In this document: positions 29,701 to 37,083 of the stretch, piece by piece
How the letters are laid out: each line of letters starts with the position of its first letter
How positions within the stretch are numbered: position 1 is the stretch's first letter
Virus record (IMG/VR): IMGVR_UViG_3300044730_000954
DNA: 64,000 nt
Direction: 5' to 3' (one strand)
DNA from: an uncultured virus (IMG/VR IMGVR_UViG_3300044730_000954)
Taxonomy: Duplodnaviria; Heunggongvirae; Uroviricota; Caudoviricetes
The notes under the pieces: model-generated
The model's input: the letters and a program-made list of their open reading frames with translations, nothing else
Databases searched by the model: none
Told to the model about the DNA's origin: nothing
Position numbers and translations under genes: made by a program

Positions 29701-30691
29701 CTGTTTGGTTTTCAACAGCATTTAAAAAGTTAATAGAGTCTGATAAATCTTCATTTGATAATTTAAAAGCATTTTGCAGAGATATAGTTGTCTCTAGTGC
29801 TTTTTGCTGATCAATTTGACCAAGAACTTGTAGTCTTGTTGCTTCAGTTACCTGTCTTTGTAAGTCTATACCCTGAAAACCAGCGGCAGCAGCATCTGCA
29901 GCTAAACCAACTGTGCTAGCAACTGAAATTCCATATTGTGTAAATGATTGTCCAAGTGCCTGAACATCTGCAAGAGCCTGATCTCTTTCTTCTGTTGGAG
30001 TAAATAAATCTCCATATACTTTTCTAAACTTAAGGGCAGCACTTTCCATATCCATGAATGTTTTTGAAGCAGCAGATCCTAAAGCTATTAATGGAAGTGT
30101 AAAACCAACCATAAGCTGACGGCCAGCCCATTGTGTATTTTTACCAAAATTTAATAAATTAGTTGACCCTTGTTTTATAAGTTGATTAAAAATTGCCTGT
30201 CTTTGTGCTGCCATCTGAAGCTGAGTTGATATATTAGACATGTCAAGCTGATTTGGAATAATAGCAATAGACCGCATTGCTCCAGAGGCATCTCTGCCCA
30301 TTTTAATATATTGTGTTTGTAACCTTTTAACACTTTCTTCGGCTACCTTATTTACTGTATCAAATTCAGATTTAAATAAACGACCAAAAGTTTTTGTTGC
30401 TCCACCAGCAAAACGAAAATATTCTCGCATTGAGAATTTGTTTTTTTCAAGTGAGTCTGTAAAAGATTCAGCAGTAGTTCTTACTGTTCGCAATTCTGCA
30501 GAAAAATTTCCAATAGAATTAACACTATTGATAAAATTTCTCTGCAGATCACGTTGTGCAAGTGCAGCAGCTTCGCTGCTTTTTGATATTGAAGTGTGAA
30601 ATTGTGATATCTGACGCTGTAAAGCTTTTAATTGTGATAATGCATTTGACGTATCTATATTTACGCCAATATTAGCATTAACGTCAGCCAC
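23732..30691 (-). CDS. Tape measure protein
   Basis: 2319 aa helical; GVNASEGANALK TMP motif, hydrophobic segments, two PA(M/L)LTPGE motifs; GTG start with GAGGTG SD. Confidence 0.93.
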   Translation of the reverse strand: MADVNANIGVNIDTSNALSQLKALQRQISQFHTSISKSSEAAALAQRDLQRNFINSVNSIGNFSAELRTVRTTAESFTDSLEKNKFSMREYFRFAGGATKTFGRLFKSEFDTVNKVAEESVKRLQTQYIKMGRDASGAMRSIAIIPNQLDMSNISTQLQMAAQRQAIFNQLIKQGSTNLLNFGKNTQWAGRQLMVGFTLPLIALGSAASKTFMDMESAALKFRKVYGDLFTPTEERDQALADVQALGQSFTQYGISVASTVGLAADAAAAGFQGIDLQRQVTEATRLQVLGQIDQQKALETTISLQNAFKLSNEDLSDSINFLNAVENQTVVSLDDITTAIPKVAPVIMQLGGDVKDLAFFMTAMKQGGVNASEGANALKSGLAALINPTEKASAMLANMGINIKQIVEGNQGNLRATVVEFAKALDTLDPLTRARAIEQLFGKFQFARLSTLFENVTSSGTQAARVLELAGYSAEDLAATAESELGMTAESSMNKFRKAVEDLRLTLVPIGQVFLESVTPILDFVGSIAEKFNNLSSGVKKAITVITVTLGGIAPVALMTFGLIANFIANGIKSLALLRNGYLRLTGQSQVLGEQTQYLTVEQQNALAVAHSLDQSHARLIQTFNVESGAVQKLAQSYERAIVAGANFSKINPGMMRQPFLPGFNTGIISVPGSGNQDTVPAMLTPGEAVIPADMAKKYAPLIQGMIAGNIPGYRIGRTGSASGTFTKTASDIKSMDKVALYKAPSAIKGQTSKINWSTLDAELQAIDESVRSYLEQLGFGAEEINRKIGALQRKQASHISEQVQQIEVAGEIVDAKLWNADNLIADLGGINNYLNSIHKVTDSLSQTDIAEMAQKLNMSIDQFEAELKQLQEGIHPTTRAGASVLGQVAKRGAESKDVSLAYQSRAAAAVTDVRLQGDFYETKEQRAYNPEKDLRALEQVERKVLNFREEITKAFNIGDEIAQISGLNVQSLQNMWNQLSVEAKARLLELKDDAGAFTQALFQEAQEAGIAGVQLGDAAIRGIAQGTQSQSNSRRAIKEGDNVVGGLEQGMFEGMDDVTLAGQNLGDAAIDGVNQGTGGGGGARNAGRGLGGAAGGDGGAGGFGGSTKNLAKFNSALMGVSFALTSVSGVASAFGGRFQGLSEAVFKISGLMFGLMSVVQLLTQEMFANVVAARANKIATAMGATSFKGLFANTAGFGSKLLTAGKFLLRFAGVVGALVGVVSLSIAAFKFINNQREKERRAIMGLADAANITSQKLKTLGDFFGIKPTQNPMTQGVPQIRMTAERRGRVDELKATESFQKDFADDIAELRKATAKEAEITFRTIALSLAGQGFGKEMISDVIDALREEAGKTDVKIDLKSLDLKTEEGQSGFAKLASDITNELAVAAKTGYKEVEVLKQGIYENGAMYSYYTKELKPTIALQRASAAAGQNLFNMMTGLAGGLKSGAIGAKEFNQGFNQLEAQMKALEAANPGSSMLALNAAIKLLEPETQKLFVGITNNADAMLMLRAQALGLTAILPGLASAIKQVNAGYTGDATALVQAQLNLERYKKMILDAAKVTEEEIKKLLGTKTGGKDGEKSAFQKAIEQLKQQQLELAYTNKAYNRLKRAGIETGKAFEIASDPILAAALATTKVGTKKWEELIYLIKNVNIELAKGELKKFFETRNAEVEFQQKFANIIPILQKLGLEGEDIREILSNPILAEKFIEDLKDGQVDSQKLKKYIEQIPELKQIDILLNTKSVQDQFDEAFSKAMEVFDIQSKMAEAEYKPKIIDAEKEVKAAQDAVNDVQKQISDLQRKIQADQRDVEMNFTRPIEVLQKDIQRLQRQIETQIDRPIEELNKQISKLQRNIEIQFDRPIAALQEQSSDLANDLTLIDKAAEGINAKYDAQEKALQQIADVNQEIINQDKQRLSVADALTRGDISAAAQAIQESRAQAAAAAAQRATGTLQAARETEIGGLRGPVSGLTRAQIEQQQFQIGQQIFALEEKRDLVQAEILAKQDQIYNIELARPVLLEQIRSKEDEIYVLERGRETAVANIRINEDALYKLQNDLLPLREKELSDKQAALDKVKDELKSRLDAIDLEKAKWELSALALKAAEIEADKYNKVLDAGKNLVGDIAKGWDAVAEAARKAAANIAAANSSQSSGLVSKGTVTSTKTVDGRTAITGIQAKMYGGKIKPMAFGGRVGSDSVPALLTPGEFVMNKSAAKSFGPLLNAINESKYPSMIARKLKSSSNLGNVITQSYQQPTYAVSRPTAFSMPVQNAISSVSDNSNTVYNYSVDINVGSTNASADSIAKAVIDEIRYIDLQRIRGQRA

Positions 30692-30716
30692 TTAATTCAC
30701 CTCTTTTTAAGTTGTT

Positions 30717-31034
30717 TTACATTTGATTAAGATTATCGGAAGCAGCAAGTTTTGCACCTGAAGCAGCCTCTACAATCTTATAGACAGTTGGCAAATCTAA
30801 AACTTCTTCAAGTTTCTCAATGTTCTCAGCCAATTCAGGCTTATATTGCTTCATAGCAATTTGAACACATTCAACAAGAAGAGTCATTGACTTTTCATTA
30901 TCATCCGCCACTGCCGCAACTCCCTCAAACTTCTTCATAAAAGGACGAAGAAGTGATATTTTGAGAGGACGAACAGAAATCTCTGTTCCGTCAATAAGCG
31001 TGAGTTGTTCTGTCTCATACTTAGTTGTAGCCAT
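30717..31034 (-). CDS. Tail assembly chaperone, short (gpG-like)
   Basis: Between tail tube and TMP; paralogous to the N-terminus of the upstream gene; strong AGGAGG SD. Confidence 0.75.
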   Translation of the reverse strand: MATTKYETEQLTLIDGTEISVRPLKISLLRPFMKKFEGVAAVADDNEKSMTLLVECVQIAMKQYKPELAENIEKLEEVLDLPTVYKIVEAASGAKLAASDNLNQM

Positions 31035-31060
31035 TATTTCCTCCTATATAGGTTATATCA

Positions 31061-31069
31061 ATTATAGCA
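31061..31069 (-). promoter_or_regulatory. Extended -10 promoter TGCTATAAT
   Basis: Intergenic, upstream of the SD of the short chaperone. Confidence 0.7.
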
Positions 31070-31090
31070 TAAAGCGCTATTTTTTTTAAA

Positions 31091-31810
31091 TTAAGATTTC
31101 ATTAAAGATGGGTCTCTCATATCATCATAATCTAGACCCATTCCAATACCAAATCCAGCTTTTTTAGCAGTTGGTCCTTGTAAAGCTAAAACATCATTTC
31201 CATCTGCTGTTTTACCCTTACTAAAAACCCTAGCCTTTAAATCTTCCCATTCTTGTTGACCCCTACGTTTTCCATCGCTAGATTCATTATCTAAATTAAC
31301 TCCCTGTATTGCTGCTAAAAATTTTTTTTCTTCATAATCTATATGTCTTTTACTTGATAAAGTAGCAGTTAATTCTGGCATAGATAATGATATCTCTAAA
31401 TCTTCATAGTCTTTCCATATACCTAACAAAAAAGCTTCAGACTCTAACTTAACTAAGTCTAATTCATTCCAACTTAATCCACTAGTTGTCGCCTGATCTT
31501 TTACCGTATCTTCTGACTTTTTATCAATTTTAATTCCAGCAGCAATATCTATTACTTTATATATTGTTGGCAAATCTATACTATTTTCAAACTCATCTAT
31601 ATTTTTTGATAAAGATGGATAATACTGTTTCATACATATAAATGAACATTCTAGTAAAATTTGAATTGCTTCATCATCGTCTTTTGCTTTTGAAATTTTT
31701 TCAAAACTGTGCATAAATTCTCTTAAATATTTTATTTTTAATGGCACAATTTCTATCTCTATGCCATCTATTAAAAATATTTTATCTTTTTTATAAATTT
31801 CTGTAGCCAT
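31091..31810 (-). CDS. Tail assembly chaperone, long (gpGT-like)
   Basis: gpG-like N-terminal domain plus an in-frame extra C-terminal domain; position after tail tube. Confidence 0.7.
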   Translation of the reverse strand: MATEIYKKDKIFLIDGIEIEIVPLKIKYLREFMHSFEKISKAKDDDEAIQILLECSFICMKQYYPSLSKNIDEFENSIDLPTIYKVIDIAAGIKIDKKSEDTVKDQATTSGLSWNELDLVKLESEAFLLGIWKDYEDLEISLSMPELTATLSSKRHIDYEEKKFLAAIQGVNLDNESSDGKRRGQQEWEDLKARVFSKGKTADGNDVLALQGPTAKKAGFGIGMGLDYDDMRDPSLMKS

Positions 31811-31817
31811 TTTATAT

Positions 31818-31826
31818 ATTCTATCA
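31818..31826 (-). promoter_or_regulatory. Extended -10 promoter TGATAGAAT, leaderless spacing
   Basis: 7 nt before ATG 31810, no SD. Confidence 0.65.
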
Positions 31827-31827
31827 T

Positions 31828-31856
31828 AACAACAAAGCCCATCACTATGGATGGGC
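31828..31856 (-). terminator. Terminator after tail tube gene
   Basis: GCCCATC-CATAGT-GATGGGC followed by TTTGTTGTT. Confidence 0.75.
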
Positions 31857-31881
31857 CTGTCGTTAATCTAAAATTAGATTA

Positions 31882-32517
31882 TTAGGTTGCTGGGGTCCAA
31901 GTACGATCTATGATCTTACCATAGGAAGCCGATGTATCTTCAGGAAGAAGACGGAAAGAAACCTCAAACATAGAAGGTTCGTCACGCTTTGCAGACACAG
32001 TTACGTTCTCAATTGAGAGCGCACGGTAAGCAGCGTAAACACGCTCTACATATGCTGAATCTTCGCAATCTCCAGTTCCAGGTCCAACAGCAACAATTCC
32101 ACGCTCAACTGGACATTCTCCAATGTCACCAGCTGAAAGGTTAAGAGTTTGTCCTGTTGAAGTGGACTTTGTTCCTGATAGTTCATCAGAGCTATAAGCA
32201 AGAGCCAAAAGAAGGTTCTCAAGGGTAGCCTCAGCAAAAGCAGTAGCAAGATTTACTTGCATGCCTTGCTTGTACAACTTAGCAACGTCAAGAATTTGAT
32301 CAACCTGTACTTCACCGAAGTCTGGTTGGAACTGTAATTCAAGACCGTTCATGGTATAGCCCACATTTGTAAAATCTAATTCGTCAGCAAGAGTCTCTTT
32401 ATAAGACTCGCTTGAAGTAAATGCGGGTAGCGATGTTGAAGTCAGAGTAGTATCTGCTACAAAAAGCGCTGCAGCACCAACAATAATGTTGGTTGACGTA
32501 CCACGAGTATATGCCAT
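31882..32517 (-). CDS. Major tail (tube) protein
   Basis: VGYTMNGLEL..PD..EV.VDQ..AEATLENL; strong SD, own terminator. Confidence 0.85.
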   Translation of the reverse strand: MAYTRGTSTNIIVGAAALFVADTTLTSTSLPAFTSSESYKETLADELDFTNVGYTMNGLELQFQPDFGEVQVDQILDVAKLYKQGMQVNLATAFAEATLENLLLALAYSSDELSGTKSTSTGQTLNLSAGDIGECPVERGIVAVGPGTGDCEDSAYVERVYAAYRALSIENVTVSAKRDEPSMFEVSFRLLPEDTSASYGKIIDRTWTPAT

Positions 32518-32576
32518 TTTTTCACCTCTACTTTCAATAGAATATATATGAAGTTTTGGCGGGTTTCCTCCCCATA

Positions 32577-32585
32577 ATTATAACA
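32577..32585 (-). promoter_or_regulatory. Extended -10 promoter TGTTATAAT
   Basis: Intergenic, about 60 nt upstream of the tail tube ATG. Confidence 0.7.
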
Positions 32586-32592
32586 GTATTTT

Positions 32593-33150
32593 TTAGGTAT
32601 ATGGATAGTTTATAGGATCTTTGGTATGGTAGTCATACTCTATAATTAGTTTATTTGCAAATACCGTTCGGGCAGAGGCTAGCTCAAGAATATCCCTAGT
32701 TTCATCAGCTTGATATACTCTTATATTATGAAAATATACATTAAATGGCAATTCTGAGGTAGAAGCATCTGCACAAAATGCATTCATATCTTGGGCCGCT
32801 GAGTCTTCACGGTCAAGAGCATCTGTAATAATTCTATGAGCATCCATTATTTTTGAAAGATCTGTACAATATAAATAATAGACAATTTGTTCTCTTTTAC
32901 GACGATAGAATGGTGTGGGACGAAATCTAATTAATCTTTCATATTGTATTAATAATGGATCATCAATTCCAGGAGCACCTATATAGTTTTTAAAAACTTC
33001 TTCTATGTTAGTGGGCGATGTAGGAAATACTGGAGTCATTTGTTCTGTCCCAGCTAAAATACCAAATAACTGAAGTTGACCAACTACATATTGATTAACA
33101 AAAAATGGTGGAAATGCTGTATCACGAACATTTGGGGTATATGAACTCAT
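32593..33150 (-). CDS. Probable tail terminator/neck protein
   Basis: Position immediately before the tail tube gene. Confidence 0.55.
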   Translation of the reverse strand: MSSYTPNVRDTAFPPFFVNQYVVGQLQLFGILAGTEQMTPVFPTSPTNIEEVFKNYIGAPGIDDPLLIQYERLIRFRPTPFYRRKREQIVYYLYCTDLSKIMDAHRIITDALDREDSAAQDMNAFCADASTSELPFNVYFHNIRVYQADETRDILELASARTVFANKLIIEYDYHTKDPINYPYT

Positions 33151-33154
33151 ATGC

Positions 33155-33832
33155 CTATTCTACCTCAATCTTAGCGTTTGCTATCCATTTAAAACCAGTA
33201 GATAGACCTTTTGATCTACCCTGTTTTGCACCAGCAGAAATATTTTTCTTATATGCAACTGGTTTATTTATATAATCAAAAATTCCGCTTGACTTTAAAA
33301 ATGCTTGAGTAAAATATTTTTGCATAAACTCATCAAATATTCTTTCAAAACCACCTTGCACTTGTTCTCCTCCAGGATTTCTAACAGTAATTGGTTTTTT
33401 TACAAACACTGTATTTCCACCTTCATAAAATCTTAATGGCCTATTTCCTTTTGGCTTTATTACAACTGGTATACCCTTTTCCATAATTCTTGCTTTATCG
33501 TAAAATGGTTTTGATGAGTCTGCTTTAACAGTAGTAGATTGTTTAAAGGTTGCATTTACTGATAAACCAATATTGCTAACGGTATACTGTAAATCAAATA
33601 ATCTTGATTCTGGACTTCCAGTTCTATACCATTCATATACATGGTGTAGTGCTAATGAGTTTGACTTTGCTTCAACATCTATGTATTGACCTAAAACATA
33701 TATTAAACCATTGCCAAGATTATCTAAAAAAATCTTTTTCCCACGCTGAACTCCATCTAAAAAACCAAATGAATAGTTAACAACATTTATTAATGTTTTT
33801 TCTAAACTATTTGTAGTAAGTGATACACGCAT
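33155..33832 (-). CDS. Neck/tail completion protein
   Basis: Position; KARIMEKG..VIKPK..LRF..VFVKK motif. Confidence 0.55.
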   Translation of the reverse strand: MRVSLTTNSLEKTLINVVNYSFGFLDGVQRGKKIFLDNLGNGLIYVLGQYIDVEAKSNSLALHHVYEWYRTGSPESRLFDLQYTVSNIGLSVNATFKQSTTVKADSSKPFYDKARIMEKGIPVVIKPKGNRPLRFYEGGNTVFVKKPITVRNPGGEQVQGGFERIFDEFMQKYFTQAFLKSSGIFDYINKPVAYKKNISAGAKQGRSKGLSTGFKWIANAKIEVE

Positions 33833-34278
33833 TAGTCGCCTACTGCTTGATTTTCAGTTCTTCTCAAAAGAATTTTAAAATATTCAATAGACCCAAACGG
33901 ACCAATAAATGGTTCAACGGTAGCAACTTCATATATCGTACCTTTGTTATTTCTTGGCCCTGCTGTTTCTTTATATATTAAAATATTATCTGTAGATCTT
34001 ATATTCGTTATTAAAATGTTTGTTAATGCATTATTTTCATTATTAGAAGAAATTCTAATATCAGATTTAGATCTTGATATTAATTTATTTTCATATTGTA
34101 AAAACTCTGCAGGCTTAATATCCTCTGTGCCAGCTCCTCCAGCTGGGGTTGCATTAATAGAAACTGTTCTATCAAATACCCAATTCTTATTGGGTTGTCC
34201 ATATTGATTTTGTGTGATTATTGGATAATATATATCAGCTTTCATGGGAAAAATAAAATCAACATCACAAGAGTTCAT
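33832..34278 (-). CDS. Head closure/stopper-like protein
   Basis: Position and beta-rich pattern. Confidence 0.55.
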   Translation of the reverse strand: MNSCDVDFIFPMKADIYYPIITQNQYGQPNKNWVFDRTVSINATPAGGAGTEDIKPAEFLQYENKLISRSKSDIRISSNNENNALTNILITNIRSTDNILIYKETAGPRNNKGTIYEVATVEPFIGPFGSIEYFKILLRRTENQAVGD

Positions 34279-35246
34279 TATAAAACTCCTGGTGTGCCAA
34301 AATTTGTAATATATTTCTGTAGTATCTTATCTACCAAGATGTTTCCTGTTCCATCTAAAGCAGACTTATCAATTTGAATCTTGTACTGATCTGTATTATA
34401 TGATGTTATATATCTTTTGTGATATTCCATTTTGCCACATTTAATATCATTAATTAACATTAATGCTGCATCTTTAATATCATATGGAACTACTTTATAC
34501 CCAGTTTCCAGAGAGAATAAATAATTCCATCCTGTTGGAAAAGTTACTCCTGGAGCAACTGCAAATGTAACAGTGCTATCTTCTGTATCATACAAATAAT
34601 AAGAATCTGATTCTGAAAGAGGTACACCTTTAGGAGTTCCTACTTGACGAATGTATGAGTCTTCTTGCTGCACCCAATCTTTTATAATTGCTGTTTTATC
34701 TTTTGTAAGTAAATAATTCCATTGCCCCTGTGCTTGCGGACTATCATTATAGTCCCAGGCAAGTTCATTATTTTCATATGCCTTTAATATTTTATAAGTG
34801 CGATCCCAAACTGGCATAAAATCAGTTCCATTTCCAGACGTTTCATACCATGATCTTTCATAATAAAATCCGCCAGGTACAATTGAATCTATAATTGCTC
34901 TAGCAAGACCTTCGTGTGCAGTGTACTCTGCTATTTCTGTAGCGGTAGTTCCAAGAGTTTTTGGATCCACATATGGTCTCATAACCTCAAGATTATCTTC
35001 TACAATAATTTCTGCTTGTTCGCCTTCATCAGATTCATAAATTGCTAAATAGTATGATTCATCATAAGTGCTAAAAAGAGATGGAAGCGTATACTCTAGT
35101 TTAGAATCTGCAGTTGATGCTATTGTTTCTTCTACCTCTACCACATTTCTTGAGCTGTCTTGAATAACTAAAATATAATCTGTTTCCGCTAGTGGAACAT
35201 CATATGATATAGAGAGCGGATATGGTGGTAAGCGTAGTAGTTGCAT
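34278..35246 (-). CDS. Head-tail adaptor
   Basis: ARAIIDS..GYKVVPYDIKDAALMLI..VDKILQKY. Confidence 0.7.
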   Translation of the reverse strand: MQLLRLPPYPLSISYDVPLAETDYILVIQDSSRNVVEVEETIASTADSKLEYTLPSLFSTYDESYYLAIYESDEGEQAEIIVEDNLEVMRPYVDPKTLGTTATEIAEYTAHEGLARAIIDSIVPGGFYYERSWYETSGNGTDFMPVWDRTYKILKAYENNELAWDYNDSPQAQGQWNYLLTKDKTAIIKDWVQQEDSYIRQVGTPKGVPLSESDSYYLYDTEDSTVTFAVAPGVTFPTGWNYLFSLETGYKVVPYDIKDAALMLINDIKCGKMEYHKRYITSYNTDQYKIQIDKSALDGTGNILVDKILQKYITNFGTPGVL

Positions 35247-35602
35247 TAGATTTTACCGTAATACTTGGCCACTTCTTCTGGTGTTGCTTGACGAACACTC
35301 TTGTGAGTTAGCCATTTAACGGATGCCTCCTTTGTAATTATATTATAGCCCTTTTCAAGAGCCCCCACCCCATTCCAATGAATATTGCGATTTGAATAAA
35401 CAGCAACTTTTTCTTTTGGATTTTCTACTTTCTTAGATTCTTTTTTTTCATCTTCTCTAGGAACAAAAGGCAATATGGCCTCTAATATTTCTATCTTTGT
35501 ATTTGCACCAACTAAATCTATTTTATTTTTTTTTGCATATGACTTTAATTGTGGCATTGTCATTTTACTAAATTTATCTACTACTTCTTTTGTTGTTGAC
35601 AT
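35246..35602 (-). CDS. Small basic protein with Rho-N/HeH-like N-terminal domain
   Basis: KMTMPQLKSYAKKNKIDL..TKIEILEAI. Confidence 0.6.
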   Translation of the reverse strand: MSTTKEVVDKFSKMTMPQLKSYAKKNKIDLVGANTKIEILEAILPFVPREDEKKESKKVENPKEKVAVYSNRNIHWNGVGALEKGYNIITKEASVKWLTHKSVRQATPEEVAKYYGKI

Positions 35603-35617
35603 AAATCCTCCACTGCT

Positions 35618-35626
35618 ATTATATCA
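35618..35626 (-). promoter_or_regulatory. Extended -10 promoter TGATATAAT
   Basis: Intergenic, upstream of GGAGG. Confidence 0.7.
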
Positions 35627-35632
35627 GAGTTA

Positions 35633-35845
35633 CTATCTTCTAAATGTTTGTGGTTTTCTTATACCAGCAGGAGTTCCACTCATTATTATATTTTCTCCAA
35701 AGTTTGCTGTAGGGATACACCCCATTGCAAATCTTTCTGTAATAATTCCATTGGGTCCACTAATAACTGTTCCTATGCCACCAGCAGCTATTGCTCCATC
35801 ACCACTGTGTTGATGATTTATAGTTGGATTTCCTGGATATGACAT
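35633..35845 (-). CDS. 70-aa paralog of the major capsid N-terminal arm
   Basis: AGGAG SD; aligns by eye to capsid residues ~10-82. Confidence 0.75.
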   Translation of the reverse strand: MSYPGNPTINHQHSGDGAIAAGGIGTVISGPNGIITERFAMGCIPTANFGENIIMSGTPAGIRKPQTFRR

Positions 35846-35864
35846 TTGTTCTCCTAATGATTAA

Positions 35865-35888
35865 GGAGGGCAACTTACGCTGCCCTCC
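35865..35888 (-). terminator. Hairpin after major capsid gene (probably leaky terminator)
   Basis: GGAGGGCAGC-GTAA-GTTGCCCTCC followed by only TTAATCATT. Confidence 0.7.
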
Positions 35889-35910
35889 CTAAACTTTTAG
35901 TTTTTACAAA

Positions 35911-37056
35911 CTATGCGGTTGGGTCAACTGCTGCATCCGCATAAGCGACTGCATCAAGCTCTTCCCATTGCAAACCAAAGCGGACGAATACTGTGTATTC
36001 AATTGTATCCTTCTTTGGCTTGTATTCACGATTTACCGTGATATCACGCTGGAAGCCCCATACACGGTTGGCAGGGAATGTTAGGTCAACATATCCGCCT
36101 GGGTAATAAGGAACTTCTTGAACGTCAATTCCGAGAACACGGGTTGTACGTGCTCCACCGAATGTTTGTGCAGCACCATCAAGATATGCTTGACGGTTGC
36201 GCTCTGTACCACCAGTGCGTGGAGCAAAAGCTTCAGCAATAGCGTCAGCAAGTGTACCGTTGTTCTTTACGATACCCTGGAATGCGTCAGTACCAGCATA
36301 GAACTTAAGATTAGTCTTAAGTGCACGATACTTACGTGGCATTGCAAGAATAATATCCTGCATTACCTCTGTAGTCCAGGCATCGTCAGAAACAGTAACA
36401 ACTGCTTCATGAGCATCTGAACCATCTACAACTTTTGGAACGAAACCTTCCATAATAGAGAGGAATGCTCCATCTCCACCATTTCCAGTACCGTTAATTG
36501 CTAGATCTTCAATATCATTAGCAAATGCATTGGTCATCAAGCGAACTAGATGATCTTCCAACGCACCTCCTTCAATATTGTCTTCAAGCGCTTCAGTAGA
36601 TACTTCCCAATCAAGACGAATCTTTTTGGTTGTTAGCTCTACCTTTGTGAATGTAGCACCAGCGTTTGTATAATCGTTGCTTGCTTGTGCAGCAGCACGA
36701 ATAACACGCTCACCAACGTTAACTTTTTCAAGTTCCATGGTGTTTGCTCGCATTGTAACTCTACGACCATCTTTGGCGAGAACTGTTGCATCCCACACAT
36801 AGTCAATGAAGCGGCGAGCCTGCTCTGGAAGGAGAATACCACCTGGAGTACCAGTAGGATTTACTGCGTTTGCTCCAGTCGTAGCACCCCATTCAGGTGT
36901 AGCGATATTACCTAGGTTAGCACCAATATCAGATGTGCTTGGGCTTGTAGCCGTTGCACCTCCAATATCACCTGATGCAAAAGCACCATCACCACCATGT
37001 TGATGGGATATGGTTGGAGCACCTGGATAATTCTTTACGATTTCTTGTTCCGACAT
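35911..37056 (-). CDS. Major capsid protein (HK97 fold)
   Basis: GGILLPEQARRFID, EALEDNIEG..FANDIEDLAING; AGGAGG SD supports ATG 37056. Confidence 0.92.
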   Translation of the reverse strand: MSEQEIVKNYPGAPTISHQHGGDGAFASGDIGGATATSPSTSDIGANLGNIATPEWGATTGANAVNPTGTPGGILLPEQARRFIDYVWDATVLAKDGRRVTMRANTMELEKVNVGERVIRAAAQASNDYTNAGATFTKVELTTKKIRLDWEVSTEALEDNIEGGALEDHLVRLMTNAFANDIEDLAINGTGNGGDGAFLSIMEGFVPKVVDGSDAHEAVVTVSDDAWTTEVMQDIILAMPRKYRALKTNLKFYAGTDAFQGIVKNNGTLADAIAEAFAPRTGGTERNRQAYLDGAAQTFGGARTTRVLGIDVQEVPYYPGGYVDLTFPANRVWGFQRDITVNREYKPKKDTIEYTVFVRFGLQWEELDAVAYADAAVDPTA

Positions 37057-37083
37057 ATTGTTCACCTCCTAGTGAATTTACCT

